DNA of 64,000 nucleotides from Candidatus Omnitrophota bacterium (GTDB lineage: Bacteria; Omnitrophota; Gorgyraeia; Duberdicusellales; 4484-171): contig JAFGQU010000004.1 in NCBI GenBank assembly GCA_016935525.1, forward strand, positions 65,314 through 129,313. The letters run 5' to 3'. This document shows positions 9,157 through 19,491 of this stretch, piece by piece; the stretch's first letter is position 1, and every line of letters begins with the position of its first letter. The notes under the pieces were generated by a model. That model searched no databases, was not told the DNA's origin, and saw only the letters and a list, made by a program, of their open reading frames with translations. The position numbers and the translations under genes were made by a program.

Positions 9157-11630
9157 TTATGATAAGGGACGCGCCATATTTCTTTGGCGTATTCGGCGAT
9201 AGTCCGGTCGCTGGAAAACCGTCCGGCTTTAGCGACGTTGACGATACTCTTTTTCGTCCATTCTTCCTGATCCAGATAACATTGCGAGACTTTCTGCTGC
9301 ATTGCCAGATACGAATCGAAATCGGCACAGATCATAAACTTATCGTCACTTTCCAGGGATTGAATAATCGGTTCAAAGATACCGGGATTATAGGGAGCAA
9401 AAAAATTCGTCCGTAACAGATGGAATATATCGCGCAGTAACGGTGATTTCTGGATAGAATCATGAGGATTATACCCTTGCCGTTTTAGCGTCGCGACTTG
9501 TTCGGCAGTATGCCCGAAAATAAAAATATTGTCGCGGCCGACTTCCTGAGAGATCTCGACGTTTGCCCCGTCAAGCGTCCCGATAGTGAGCGCTCCGTTC
9601 AGCATAAACTTCATATTCCCGGTACCGGAAGCTTCGTATCCGGCAGTCGAGATCTGTTCGGACACATCCGATGCCGGAAATATTTTTTCCGCCAAGGATA
9701 CCCGGTAATTTTCCAGAAACGCCATACGCAGTTTATCTTTTATCGATTTATCCCGGTTGATCATATCGGCGATACTGGTCAGGAACTTTATAGTCAACTT
9801 TGCCATGACGTATCCCGGAGCGGCTTTTCCGCCCACCAGAAACGTCCGGGGATACACGAATTTTTTCGGGTCGTGTTTAAGCAGTAAATATTGCGATACG
9901 ATATAAAATCCGAAAAGGATCTGGCGTTTATACTCATGCATCCGTTTCACCTGCACATCAAAGATAGATTCCGGGTCGATCATGATCTCGGTTGTACGGG
10001 CGATATATTCGGCAAGTTTCTTTTTATTCTCATGTTTGATGTCCCGCCAGGCCTTGCGGAATGGAGCTTTGTCTTTATACGGGATCAATTTACTTAATTG
10101 CGACAGATCGATCACCCATTTGTCACCGATGGTATTGATGATCAGGTCCGACAAACCGGTATTGGCTTTCAGTAACCAGCGGCGTTGAGTGATCCCGTTC
10201 GTTTTATTATTGAATTTTTTAGGGAAAAATTCATAGAAATCGCGGAAGACCCCGGTCTTCAATAGTTCGGTATGTAATTCCGATACCCCGTTTACCGAAT
10301 GGCTTCCCACAATCGCCAGGTTCGCCATGCGGATCCGTTTATGGTCGCCTTCCTCGATGATCGACATCCTGGCGATACGGCCTTCATCGCCGGGAAACCT
10401 TTGCGAAACTTCTTCGAGGAACCGTTTATTGACCTCATAGATAATCTGCAGGTGTCGCGGCAATAGATTCTCCAGACGCGCCACCGACCATTTCTCCAAA
10501 GCTTCCGGCATCACCGTATGGTTAGTATAGGCAAATATCTGCACGACAATATCCCACGCTTCTTCCCATTGAAAATCGCTCTCATCAAGTAAAATACGCA
10601 TTAACTCGACGATACCCAAAATCGGGTGGGTATCGTTAAGTTGAATCGTCACTTTATCCGGCAGTTTAGACAAGTCTTCGTTTTTGACCCGGAACCGGCG
10701 GATAATATCGGCAATGGATGCGGCGACAAAAAAGTATTCCTGTTTAAGGCGAAGTTCTCTCCCCTGGCTGATATCGTCCATGGGATACAATACTTTGGAG
10801 ATGTTTTCCGAAAGGATCTTTTCATGTACGGCCTGTTCATAGTCGCCCTGATTAAAATATTCCAAATCGAATTCTTCGGTACTGCGTGCCGACCATAACC
10901 GCAACGTATTGACTACATCGTTCTTATATCCGGGGATCGGATAATCATAGGGCACCGCGAGGATGTTCTGGGTATCGACCCAATCCACACAAAACCGGCC
11001 GTGACGGTCTTTATACATCTGGGTCCTCCCGTAAAATTTTACCCGTACGGTATACTCCGGCCGGGCAAATTCCCAGGGGCTTTCCCGCCGTAACCATTCA
11101 TCAGGCAGTTCTATCTGAAACCCGTCTTTTATCTTTTGATGAAAAATACCGTAATCGTAACGGATACCATATCCGTATCCCGGGATGCCTAACGTCGCCA
11201 TCGAATCAAGAAAACAGGCGGCAAGCCGGCCTAATCCGCCGTTACCTAACCCGGCATCGAGTTCCTGCTGGCGAACCTCCTCAAAATTAAGGCCCAGTTC
11301 CGTAAGAGCCTGCGCGGTTTTATTCTCTAATCCCAGATTGAAAATATAGTTCCCCAAAAGCCGGCCGATTAAAAATTCCATTGAAAGATAATAGACCCGT
11401 TTCACATTCGCTTTATGATAATGCTGTTGAGTGTTGATCCAACGTTCCACTACCCGGTCACGGACAGTGAGCGCTAATGCTCGGAAATTGTCTTCCAGCG
11501 TCGCGCTGTATTGGTCTTTGGAAAGGGCATATTTTAAGTTGGCGCAGAATGAGGTCACAATACCTTCAACGGTATTTTTTTTACTGATCTCATCGCATTT
11601 TTCCTCTAGTTTTTTATTCATTTTTGCCAT
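9153..11630 (-). CDS. glgP: glycogen/alpha-glucan phosphorylase
   Basis: PLP-lysine motif EASGTGNMKFMLNGALTIGTLDGANVEI. About 825 aa from the internal Met (MAKMNKK). The ORF as reported extends to 11705. Confidence 0.9.
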   Translation of the reverse strand: MAKMNKKLEEKCDEISKKNTVEGIVTSFCANLKYALSKDQYSATLEDNFRALALTVRDRVVERWINTQQHYHKANVKRVYYLSMEFLIGRLLGNYIFNLGLENKTAQALTELGLNFEEVRQQELDAGLGNGGLGRLAACFLDSMATLGIPGYGYGIRYDYGIFHQKIKDGFQIELPDEWLRRESPWEFARPEYTVRVKFYGRTQMYKDRHGRFCVDWVDTQNILAVPYDYPIPGYKNDVVNTLRLWSARSTEEFDLEYFNQGDYEQAVHEKILSENISKVLYPMDDISQGRELRLKQEYFFVAASIADIIRRFRVKNEDLSKLPDKVTIQLNDTHPILGIVELMRILLDESDFQWEEAWDIVVQIFAYTNHTVMPEALEKWSVARLENLLPRHLQIIYEVNKRFLEEVSQRFPGDEGRIARMSIIEEGDHKRIRMANLAIVGSHSVNGVSELHTELLKTGVFRDFYEFFPKKFNNKTNGITQRRWLLKANTGLSDLIINTIGDKWVIDLSQLSKLIPYKDKAPFRKAWRDIKHENKKKLAEYIARTTEIMIDPESIFDVQVKRMHEYKRQILFGFYIVSQYLLLKHDPKKFVYPRTFLVGGKAAPGYVMAKLTIKFLTSIADMINRDKSIKDKLRMAFLENYRVSLAEKIFPASDVSEQISTAGYEASGTGNMKFMLNGALTIGTLDGANVEISQEVGRDNIFIFGHTAEQVATLKRQGYNPHDSIQKSPLLRDIFHLLRTNFFAPYNPGIFEPIIQSLESDDKFMICADFDSYLAMQQKVSQCYLDQEEWTKKSIVNVAKAGRFSSDRTIAEYAKEIWRVPYHK

Positions 11631-11717
11631 AGGGCTCCTTCTCTCAGCCGGCACCTTCATCCGGTACCAGCATATTATTATATGGCAGAAAGCGGTATCT
11701 GCCAATTATTCTGATTT

Positions 11718-12125
11718 TTATTTTTTCTTTAAAAAAAAGCCGTGTAACCGATCGAACGCTTTTTGGCGCCGGCTGCCGAATAGGCTGCGGTTCTGTTCGG
11801 CGACGAACCGGACGTCCTCCACGGTATAAAATGCCTGAGGATTAAACCCTTTTATCGTTTCCAGCAGTCCCTGGATACGGGCCCGGGGAACGACCATAAA
11901 GATGATCTTTACCGGACCGGTAGCTCCCTGGGCGTCTATCGCGGTAATCCCGTAATTCTGGCCGCGTAAGAAATCCGTAAGGCGTGAGGCGTCTCTATGG
12001 GTAATGACCCTCACCATAAGGTTGCCCAGAGAAAGTTTTCTTTCCAAAGAAATACCGACGAAATTACCCATACCGAACCCGGCGGTATACGCGATATAAT
12101 TGACCGGGTTCCCCATGTTCTTCAT
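11718..12125 (-). CDS. DUF2179 (YitT C-terminal-like) domain protein, possibly the 3' remnant of a yitT-type gene
   Basis: DUF2179-like block ITAIDAQGATGPVKIIFMVVPRARIQGLLETIKGFNPQAFYTVEDVRFV. The same reading frame stays open upstream through a hydrophobic segment with no ATG until a stop. Confidence 0.45.
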   Translation of the reverse strand: MKNMGNPVNYIAYTAGFGMGNFVGISLERKLSLGNLMVRVITHRDASRLTDFLRGQNYGITAIDAQGATGPVKIIFMVVPRARIQGLLETIKGFNPQAFYTVEDVRFVAEQNRSLFGSRRQKAFDRLHGFFLKKK

Positions 12126-12309
12126 GATCTGGCGTATCGCTAACAGCCAGATGAGTACTTCAAAAAAACCTAAAAGAGCCGAGAGTATCCTTATCCCGCG
12201 GGAGAAGGAGTAAAAAAGAAATAGTATATACCTCCGATTGCAGTCAAAAGCAAGAGCGCAAGAACGATAAAAAATATCTTTTTTTTATCTATCACGACAC
12301 ATCAACAGG

Positions 12310-13386
12310 TTAAAACCATCTTTTCTTTTTAAAAAAGATAACCATAGTGGCGGCGACCGTGATCATTAATCCCCAGGTAAATACGTATCCGAATTTCCAG
12401 TTCAATTCCGGCATGTTCCAGGGGAAGGCCGTATTGAAATTCATCCCGTAAAGCCCCGCGATAAAGGTGATCGGGATAAAGATGGTGGCGATCATCGTCA
12501 AAACTTTCATCACTTCGTTCATCTTGTTGCTAAGGCTGGAAAGATAAATATCAAGCATACCGGAGACCATATCCCGGAACGTTTCGACCGTATCGATCAC
12601 CTGGATGGTATGGTCATACAGATCCCGCAGGTATACTCTGGTATTTTTCTGGACTAATTTTGATTCTCCCCGTTCGAGATGGCTGACGGTCTCCCGCAGG
12701 GGCCATACCGATTTACGTAAGAATATGATCTCCTGTTTTAACCGGTGGATGATCTGTAATGTTGCCGGATCCGGATTACTTATCAACTCTTCCTCCATAT
12801 CTTCGATCTCTTCCCCGATTTTCTCAAGGATGACGTAGTAGTTATCGACGATCGCGTCGATAAGCGCGTAGGCTAAATAATCGCTGCCGTGTTTACGTAC
12901 CCGGCCTTTATTGCGGCGGATCCGGTCACGGATCTCATTGAACACATCGCCTTCCTGTTCCTGAAAAGAGATCACGTAATTTTTCCCTAAAATAAAACTT
13001 ACCTGCTCAGCTTTGACTCCGGCGCCTTTCTCGTAACTAAGCATATTCAATACAATGAAGATATAATGCTCAAGATCTTCATATTTAGGACGCTGTTCGG
13101 TATTGGCGATATCCTCTATGGTCAACGGGTGCAGGTCAAAGGCGGCGCCGATCTTCTCGATAATATCGAGCTGGTGTATCCCGTCGATATTGATCCAGGT
13201 CACCGTATTTTTTTCTTTGAACGGGAAACATTCTTCGACCGAAAGGGCCTGTTTTTCTTCTAATTGAGCCGGATCGTAATCAATGACCGTGATCCGCGGT
13301 CTTTCCCTTCGTTCTTCGCCGATATGAACGGGCGTTCCCGGGACCAACCCTGCGGTTTTCGATAGTTTTTTTATGAATTTAAGCAT
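12310..13386 (-). CDS. corA: magnesium/cobalt transporter CorA
   Basis: C-terminal two TM helices with the YGMNF signature. Acidic N-terminal cytoplasmic domain. Confidence 0.85.
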   Translation of the reverse strand: MLKFIKKLSKTAGLVPGTPVHIGEERRERPRITVIDYDPAQLEEKQALSVEECFPFKEKNTVTWINIDGIHQLDIIEKIGAAFDLHPLTIEDIANTEQRPKYEDLEHYIFIVLNMLSYEKGAGVKAEQVSFILGKNYVISFQEQEGDVFNEIRDRIRRNKGRVRKHGSDYLAYALIDAIVDNYYVILEKIGEEIEDMEEELISNPDPATLQIIHRLKQEIIFLRKSVWPLRETVSHLERGESKLVQKNTRVYLRDLYDHTIQVIDTVETFRDMVSGMLDIYLSSLSNKMNEVMKVLTMIATIFIPITFIAGLYGMNFNTAFPWNMPELNWKFGYVFTWGLMITVAATMVIFFKKKRWF

Positions 13387-13491
13387 GCTTTTCTCCTTAT
13401 CTTTTCCGGCCTGTCATCATTCTAACTTTGGTATAATATTTTGCAATAGGTATTTATTCATGGGTACACGACCGCAAGAGTACACCGGCGG

Positions 13492-14049
13492 TCAGCCTGA
13501 TTGTTCAGGAAGATATTTAAACTGATAGGTCGCTTTTGAAAGTTTTCTAAAGAGGATCTCGTCCTGGATGAATCCGGGCGAGGTATCGATAAGTTTCGAA
13601 AGCCCTTCCCAAAATCCAAACCAGCCAAGCGGCATAAGCACGATCGCCGACAGCTCTCTGGCCAACGTATTTAAGAACTTAAAGTAGGTAGCTAACGTTA
13701 AAAACGTCAATGAACCGATCCCGATAAGTACAAATATCGTACCGCGCAGGCGTGTGCTTCTTAATTCTTTTTTCTTCTGTAAATAACCGTGGAGAAAATG
13801 TTTTTTTAACCGCTGGGTGACCATCCGTTCCGATTTCTCATCTTTCAGGTCCAGCGGCGCGTATATAGTAATGATAAAATCCCCCCGGCGGGTCTCCCGG
13901 TACCGTTTTTTCAGTTCGGTTATGAAATCGCCCGATACCGTCCGTTCATTTAACGGCCGGGGATCGAAATCAGAGAACACGTCGTCCCAGGTATCGATCA
14001 CAATCGCGATTTCGCCGAGATCTTTTATGCGTTGGATGACTTCACTCAT
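13492..14049 (-). CDS. hypothetical membrane-anchored protein
   Basis: Soluble N-terminal domain followed by two C-terminal TM helices. No recognisable motif. Confidence 0.4.
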   Translation of the reverse strand: MSEVIQRIKDLGEIAIVIDTWDDVFSDFDPRPLNERTVSGDFITELKKRYRETRRGDFIITIYAPLDLKDEKSERMVTQRLKKHFLHGYLQKKKELRSTRLRGTIFVLIGIGSLTFLTLATYFKFLNTLARELSAIVLMPLGWFGFWEGLSKLIDTSPGFIQDEILFRKLSKATYQFKYLPEQSG

Positions 14050-14149
14050 ATTTCTTCGATTAAAGAAACAACAATGGAAACGTAATAACTTGACCTTACT
14101 ATTATTAAATCAGATATTCCGATATTGTAAAGGATCGCGAACATATCGG

Positions 14150-15421
14150 TTATCGTTTTAATTTGACTCCGAATGCCGCGCTCATCGCTTGGGTGAGATT
14201 ACGCAGAAGACGCCATTCGGTTTTCAGTTTGTCGGCGGGTTTACTCCACAAGGCGCGTGTACGCGGCGATGCCCGACGGTCCTGCCGGATGAGTTCTTCA
14301 TAGATATCGAGCGCTTTTATCACACTGGTCTTAAGCGAAAACCGCAACGCGGTATTACGGGCGTTTTGACGATACATAAATCTCTCTTCTTGCGACAACG
14401 ATGCGTATTTTTTCAAGCTTTGGGTAAAGTCGGCTACTTTATCGGAATGAAGCAAATGCCCGTTTAACCCGTGAATGACGATATCATTTACCCCGGGACC
14501 GGCAAGAGCGATGACCGGTACTTCGGTAGCCATCGCTTCGTTTAATACTATTCCTTGCGTTTCGGTCTTTGAAGCAAACACAAACACGTCCATCGCCCGG
14601 TACGCGCAGACCAGGTCTTCGTCAAAAAGGACCCCGGTAAAATGGAACCGGTCTTTTAATCCTTGGTCTCTAAAAAATTCCGTGACTTCTTTTTCCAGTA
14701 ATCCTTTACCGACCAGGAGAAAATGGGCATCGTGGTTGGCTTTCATAAAGTCTTTCACTGCTTCGATCAGAAAATGGATGTTTTTTTCGGGATTGATCCG
14801 GCCTACCGAACCTACCACGAAACTCTTTTGCGGAAGGTTCAATTTCCTGCGGGCCAAAGCACTGTCGTCTCTTTTAAACGTATCTACATCGATACCGGTA
14901 GGGATGGTCTCGATGGGGACCATCACTTTTCTGCGCCGCAGGAGCTGAGCGACGCCTCGGGACGGAGCAAATACATAATCACATAGATTCGCATAGCCGG
15001 ATGCCAGACGGATAACGAACCGTTGCACTTTTTTGGGGTTACCCGGCATATAATAAGTATACCGTTCATAGAGAGTATGAAAAGTAAATACCAACGGAAT
15101 ATCGTACTGGGCGGCGATCCGGAACGCGGTCTCACCCATAAGAAAAGGCTGATGTGAATGGACGATGTCCGGTTTAAACCGTTTCAGGGTCCGGGAAAGC
15201 ACTCCCGGAATAGGAAGATGAACGGAAAAATCGGTACCTCTTATCTTCTGTAGTGCGGGAATGCGGACTACTCCCCGTTCGCGCGGGGCGTCTTCAAAAT
15301 CGGGAGCGACAATGAGGACTTTATGCCCATATTTACGATATTGATTGCTGAAAATCTCAATCGATCGTTCCAAGCCTCCCACAATAGGCTTATAGGTGTT
15401 AGTCATGACAAGGATATTCAT
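14150..15421 (-). CDS. glycosyltransferase family 4 (GT-B, group 1)
   Basis: GT4 C-terminal EX7E-type region NEAMATEVPVIA. Two Rossmann halves. Confidence 0.75.
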   Translation of the reverse strand: MNILVMTNTYKPIVGGLERSIEIFSNQYRKYGHKVLIVAPDFEDAPRERGVVRIPALQKIRGTDFSVHLPIPGVLSRTLKRFKPDIVHSHQPFLMGETAFRIAAQYDIPLVFTFHTLYERYTYYMPGNPKKVQRFVIRLASGYANLCDYVFAPSRGVAQLLRRRKVMVPIETIPTGIDVDTFKRDDSALARRKLNLPQKSFVVGSVGRINPEKNIHFLIEAVKDFMKANHDAHFLLVGKGLLEKEVTEFFRDQGLKDRFHFTGVLFDEDLVCAYRAMDVFVFASKTETQGIVLNEAMATEVPVIALAGPGVNDIVIHGLNGHLLHSDKVADFTQSLKKYASLSQEERFMYRQNARNTALRFSLKTSVIKALDIYEELIRQDRRASPRTRALWSKPADKLKTEWRLLRNLTQAMSAAFGVKLKR

Positions 15422-15471
15422 GGTATTACATACATGAGTACCGGCGATAGAGAAGAAATATCTCTCCTGAT

Positions 15472-16449
15472 TTACTTATAGTTACTTCGGGCAAGGGCTT
15501 TTTTTGCCTGAGATAATACCGAATCTATCTGGTGGCGACGATAAGGGATACTACAACCGGCCACATCATGATGCCCTCCTCCGCCGTAATTTTCGGCAAT
15601 ACGAGCGACATTTATTTTTCCTTTGGAACGCAGACTGACCCGCAGGACCGTATCGGTTTTCTGACGGAACAATATCGCGATACGCACGCCTTTGATCGTC
15701 AGCATATCGTTCGCTACCGCGTCGGCATCTTCATCCTGCGCATGCAGTTTTTTAAAATCGTTTATTTTGAGGATCGACCAGACGATCCGGTTGTGAGATA
15801 AAAATGTACACCGGGTTAAGGCTAACGCGGAGATCAACACGTCTTCTTTAGTCTTCGACCAATAGACCAGTTCGGAAACCTTTTGAAAATCGACGCCGGT
15901 CTCAAGGAGCCGTCCGCAAAGAGAAAACGTGTAAGGGGTCACGTTCGGCAACCGGAACGAATTCGTTTCAACGATGATCGAAGTAAATATATTCCGGGCG
16001 ATCGCCTTATCGAGAGGGACTCCCAAGATGTCCAGCAATACATAGATTATCTCGCCTACACAAGAAGCGTGCGGCCAGATCAATTGCTGGTCGCCGAAGA
16101 CCTGGCGCATATCATGATGGTCTATCTCTAATATTTTTCCGGCCCGTTCAAATACACCGTATATCTTACCGAGCATTTCTTTTTTGCTGCAATCTACCGC
16201 GATCGCCAGATCTACCGGGGCTTTCAGAGTTTTTCGTACAGCGGATGCGCCAGGCAGAGATCTGAGTTTTTTAGGGATGCCGTCCTGGTTTAAAAAATAA
16301 ACCCGTTTCCCTTTTGTCTTTAGACCTAACCCTAACGCGAGCATCGAGCCGACACAATCTCCGTCGGGATTCATGTGGCCGGCGATAACGATAGTTTTCG
16401 CTTTTTGGATAAGACGAACAGCTGCTTTTATCTGGTTCATATAAAGCAA
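15472..16449 (-). CDS. nrnA: DHH-family phosphoesterase (NrnA-like oligoribonuclease / pAp phosphatase)
   Basis: DHH motifs IAGHMNPDGDCVGS and ILEIDHHD. C-terminal DHHA1 with GGGH. Confidence 0.75.
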   Translation of the reverse strand: MLYMNQIKAAVRLIQKAKTIVIAGHMNPDGDCVGSMLALGLGLKTKGKRVYFLNQDGIPKKLRSLPGASAVRKTLKAPVDLAIAVDCSKKEMLGKIYGVFERAGKILEIDHHDMRQVFGDQQLIWPHASCVGEIIYVLLDILGVPLDKAIARNIFTSIIVETNSFRLPNVTPYTFSLCGRLLETGVDFQKVSELVYWSKTKEDVLISALALTRCTFLSHNRIVWSILKINDFKKLHAQDEDADAVANDMLTIKGVRIAILFRQKTDTVLRVSLRSKGKINVARIAENYGGGGHHDVAGCSIPYRRHQIDSVLSQAKKALARSNYK

Positions 16450-16527
16450 GAAATTAAGGATGATTAATAAAAATATTATAACAGAAAGGGCTGGTTTCGT
16501 CAGAGGTTTTTAAATGCGCCCCCGGGT

Positions 16528-18108
16528 TTATCCACGGTCGGACTCCGGTTGGGATGATGCGACTTTCAAGCGGATCGTGACTTTGGCTCCCGTGTCTTTT
16601 TTATTTTCAACCGTAACCGTGCCCCTATGCATAAGTATGATATTATTCACTACCGAAAGCCCCAGTCCGGTTCCGCCCTGCAGGCGTTTTGTCGTGACAA
16701 AAGGATCGAATATCGATTCAAGCACTTCTTGAGGTATCCCGCATCCGGTATCTTCGATCTCGACAAATACCGCTTCTTCACCGATACGGAACGTATCGGT
16801 CCGGCGATGCCCGACACCGTCGCCCGACTCACTTAAGACTTTAGCGTAAGTCCGCAAGGTGAGAACACCTTGAGCCGGCATCGCTTGGATCGCGTTAAGG
16901 AAAAGATTCATACATACCTGTATAAGCTTATTTTCATCGACTACCACCGGAGGGATATGTTCATCAAAATCTTTATTTACTTTGATCCGGCTTTTATCCA
17001 ACTGGAATCTCACCAGTATCAGCGATTTTTCTAACAATTCGTTTACCGGATAGGCCGCAAGGTTTAATTCCGACGTTTTAGAAAAATCCAAAAGTTCTTT
17101 GATGATCCGGTCGGCCCGGGTGACTGCCTCACCCATATCACGGATCACCATTTGAATATTTTCGCATTCTGCGCCTTGAAATTCGTGACGGATATAATCG
17201 ATTCCCATAAGAATGGTCGTTAAAGGGTTTTTGACTTCATGAGCGACCCCGCTGGCTAATTTTCCTACTACTTCCATCTTTGCCGCGGCTACCAGTTGGC
17301 TTTGAGTATTCATCAATACCTCATAGGCGCGACGTAATTCTTCCTGAGTGTTTTTCAATTCGGTAATATCGATAATGACGCCGTCCAGGTATAAAAAGTT
17401 GCCGGCCGGATCAAACACCCCCTGGCCCCGTTCATATACCCATTTTATCCCCCCGGAAGAATGACACACGCGATATTCGATCGTGTAAGGTTTTTTGCCG
17501 CTCACCCCGGCCTGGACAATATCATCCACCATCTGCCGATCGTCAGGATAAATAATGCTGGCATACGTCCGTACGGAATTATTCAGAAATTCACCGGCCG
17601 GATATCCGCTTAAAGCTTCTATTTCCTGGCTGATATACTCCATTCTCCAATCGGGATCATTGGCACAACGGTAAATGACCCCCGGAACGTTTGCGACCAG
17701 AGTTTTCAGCTGCGTTTCGCTTTGCCGTAACGCGTTTTCCATATTTTTATTTTCGGTAACGTCAAAAATAGCTCCGATTAATCCCGCGACTCCGCCTTCT
17801 TCATCCGTAAAGGTCGCTTTATGGAAGATCACCTCGCGGATCTCACCCTGGCTGGTTTTGATCTTCCATTCATACACCTGTACTCCCGGGGTTTCCAATA
17901 ATTCGTTATCTTTCTGAAAATAAGTATCGGCGATCTCTTTGGGCCCTATATCGTACACAGTCTTACCGACTAACTCCTGGCGGGTCATCCCTACCAGCTC
18001 GGTAAACGCCCGGTTACAACCTACATATTGGCCTTCGCGGTTTTTATAGAAAATCGGTATCGGCAGAGAATCAATAAGTACCTGCAAAAAGTTATAGTTT
18101 TGCATCAC
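16528..18108 (-). CDS. cytoplasmic tandem-PAS sensor histidine kinase
   Basis: Two PAS domains, H-box HEVKNPLTTI, HATPase G-boxes (DTGCGIP, GGTGLGLS). No TM segments. No adjacent response regulator. Confidence 0.85.
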   Translation of the reverse strand: MMQNYNFLQVLIDSLPIPIFYKNREGQYVGCNRAFTELVGMTRQELVGKTVYDIGPKEIADTYFQKDNELLETPGVQVYEWKIKTSQGEIREVIFHKATFTDEEGGVAGLIGAIFDVTENKNMENALRQSETQLKTLVANVPGVIYRCANDPDWRMEYISQEIEALSGYPAGEFLNNSVRTYASIIYPDDRQMVDDIVQAGVSGKKPYTIEYRVCHSSGGIKWVYERGQGVFDPAGNFLYLDGVIIDITELKNTQEELRRAYEVLMNTQSQLVAAAKMEVVGKLASGVAHEVKNPLTTILMGIDYIRHEFQGAECENIQMVIRDMGEAVTRADRIIKELLDFSKTSELNLAAYPVNELLEKSLILVRFQLDKSRIKVNKDFDEHIPPVVVDENKLIQVCMNLFLNAIQAMPAQGVLTLRTYAKVLSESGDGVGHRRTDTFRIGEEAVFVEIEDTGCGIPQEVLESIFDPFVTTKRLQGGTGLGLSVVNNIILMHRGTVTVENKKDTGAKVTIRLKVASSQPESDRG

Positions 18109-18261
18109 TAAATTATTTATTTTGTAATCCCGGGCACTATTGTATACGCGGAGAGAAAATATACGAATGTAAAGCCATTATAATATGCTGTACTTTTTAC
18201 GCAAGAGGATTAATCGGGCCGATGAACACGCTAAAAAGACAGCCGGTTATGCGGATTTTCG

Positions 18262-19419
18262 TTATAGAGAAAGCAATCGGGATGCCTCATCGAGCTTCTC
18301 ATAGAGTTTGGGGATCCAGGCATCGCCCCAGAAAAGATAACAGCTCGTTTCGGCATCAAGGATCAGCTCTTTTGCTTCATCGATCTTCTTCTTCTGGGAG
18401 GCAGTAAGGCCTTTTTTCTTTTCTACATCATGATGCCGGCGCCTTACGCTAAAAAGCTTCTCGATCGCTCTTTTTTGCGATTCCGACCCGTTCCACTGAG
18501 AAAAATCGTATCCGGATGTGGATGCGACATTCCAGGCTCCGGTCTGGACACGAGCGTGATCGCGGGGAGGATATTTTTTTATGAATTCCGATATTTTTAC
18601 AGGAGTGATCCCGGCTTTTTTTTCTTTAATCTTCTCCATCAGCGGCGCAAAAAAATATCCAAAAAATCCGGAGTTCTCATCCATCTGCCGAAACCATCCT
18701 CCATTTTCGCCGTCCGACCAAGTAGTCACCAGTCGCGCTTTTTCTTGAGAAGAATATTCTTTTAATTTACGGGTCACCTCATCGATAAACCAGGAAGGGT
18801 TCATCCCGCTTTCCTGGGCATTGGAAATATCCCGGTTGCGCGGAATCACCGCGATTTCATTTTTTTCATATGTTATCCGGTAAGGTTTAAAACAATCGGG
18901 TTTCTCCCGGTCTTTAAGAGGTTTCACGTGTACATGATCGACTACCACATATTCATACCCGGCCTCATCCAAGGCCGGAATCATCTCCATAGAAAACGCC
19001 ATTTCCGACGGCCAGAATCCTTTCGGGCTCTTCTTGAACAGACGTTCCACGATATCTTTGCCGCGCTTTAACTGTTCGGCCCAATCTTCTCTGGGGATAA
19101 GCGGGAAGATCGGGTGGTAATAGCCCATACCGATAATCTCGATGTTATCGGCCTGACGGTACCGTTCGATCATCTCAGGGATATCTACGAACTTTTTGTA
19201 CCGGGAGACGATTTCGGGATCGGTGAACTGTTCGAGTAAAATCCCGGAAAACCCGACATGAAAAGAAACGATATCTTTATAGGTATCAGCGTACCGCGGG
19301 GCGCGTTCATAACATTTTATGATCTGTTGTGCTTCCCACTCGTTGGTATCGATAAGTAACCGCAGGTTTCCCGGCGGTTGATGCATATGTAATCCTAACG
19401 CATAATAAGTAGTCTTCAT
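18262..19419 (-). CDS. glycoside hydrolase family 57 protein (385 aa)
   Basis: GH57 region I LHMHQP, region III GFWPSEMA (nucleophile Glu), region IV WSDGENGGWF (acid/base Asp). Confidence 0.75.
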   Translation of the reverse strand: MKTTYYALGLHMHQPPGNLRLLIDTNEWEAQQIIKCYERAPRYADTYKDIVSFHVGFSGILLEQFTDPEIVSRYKKFVDIPEMIERYRQADNIEIIGMGYYHPIFPLIPREDWAEQLKRGKDIVERLFKKSPKGFWPSEMAFSMEMIPALDEAGYEYVVVDHVHVKPLKDREKPDCFKPYRITYEKNEIAVIPRNRDISNAQESGMNPSWFIDEVTRKLKEYSSQEKARLVTTWSDGENGGWFRQMDENSGFFGYFFAPLMEKIKEKKAGITPVKISEFIKKYPPRDHARVQTGAWNVASTSGYDFSQWNGSESQKRAIEKLFSVRRRHHDVEKKKGLTASQKKKIDEAKELILDAETSCYLFWGDAWIPKLYEKLDEASRLLSL

Positions 19420-19491
19420 TTCTATCCGATTGAGTAAAATCCGCTCTTAAAGGGGATCAAGGAGCTTACCGGAGCATACTGAGTCTGCCGG

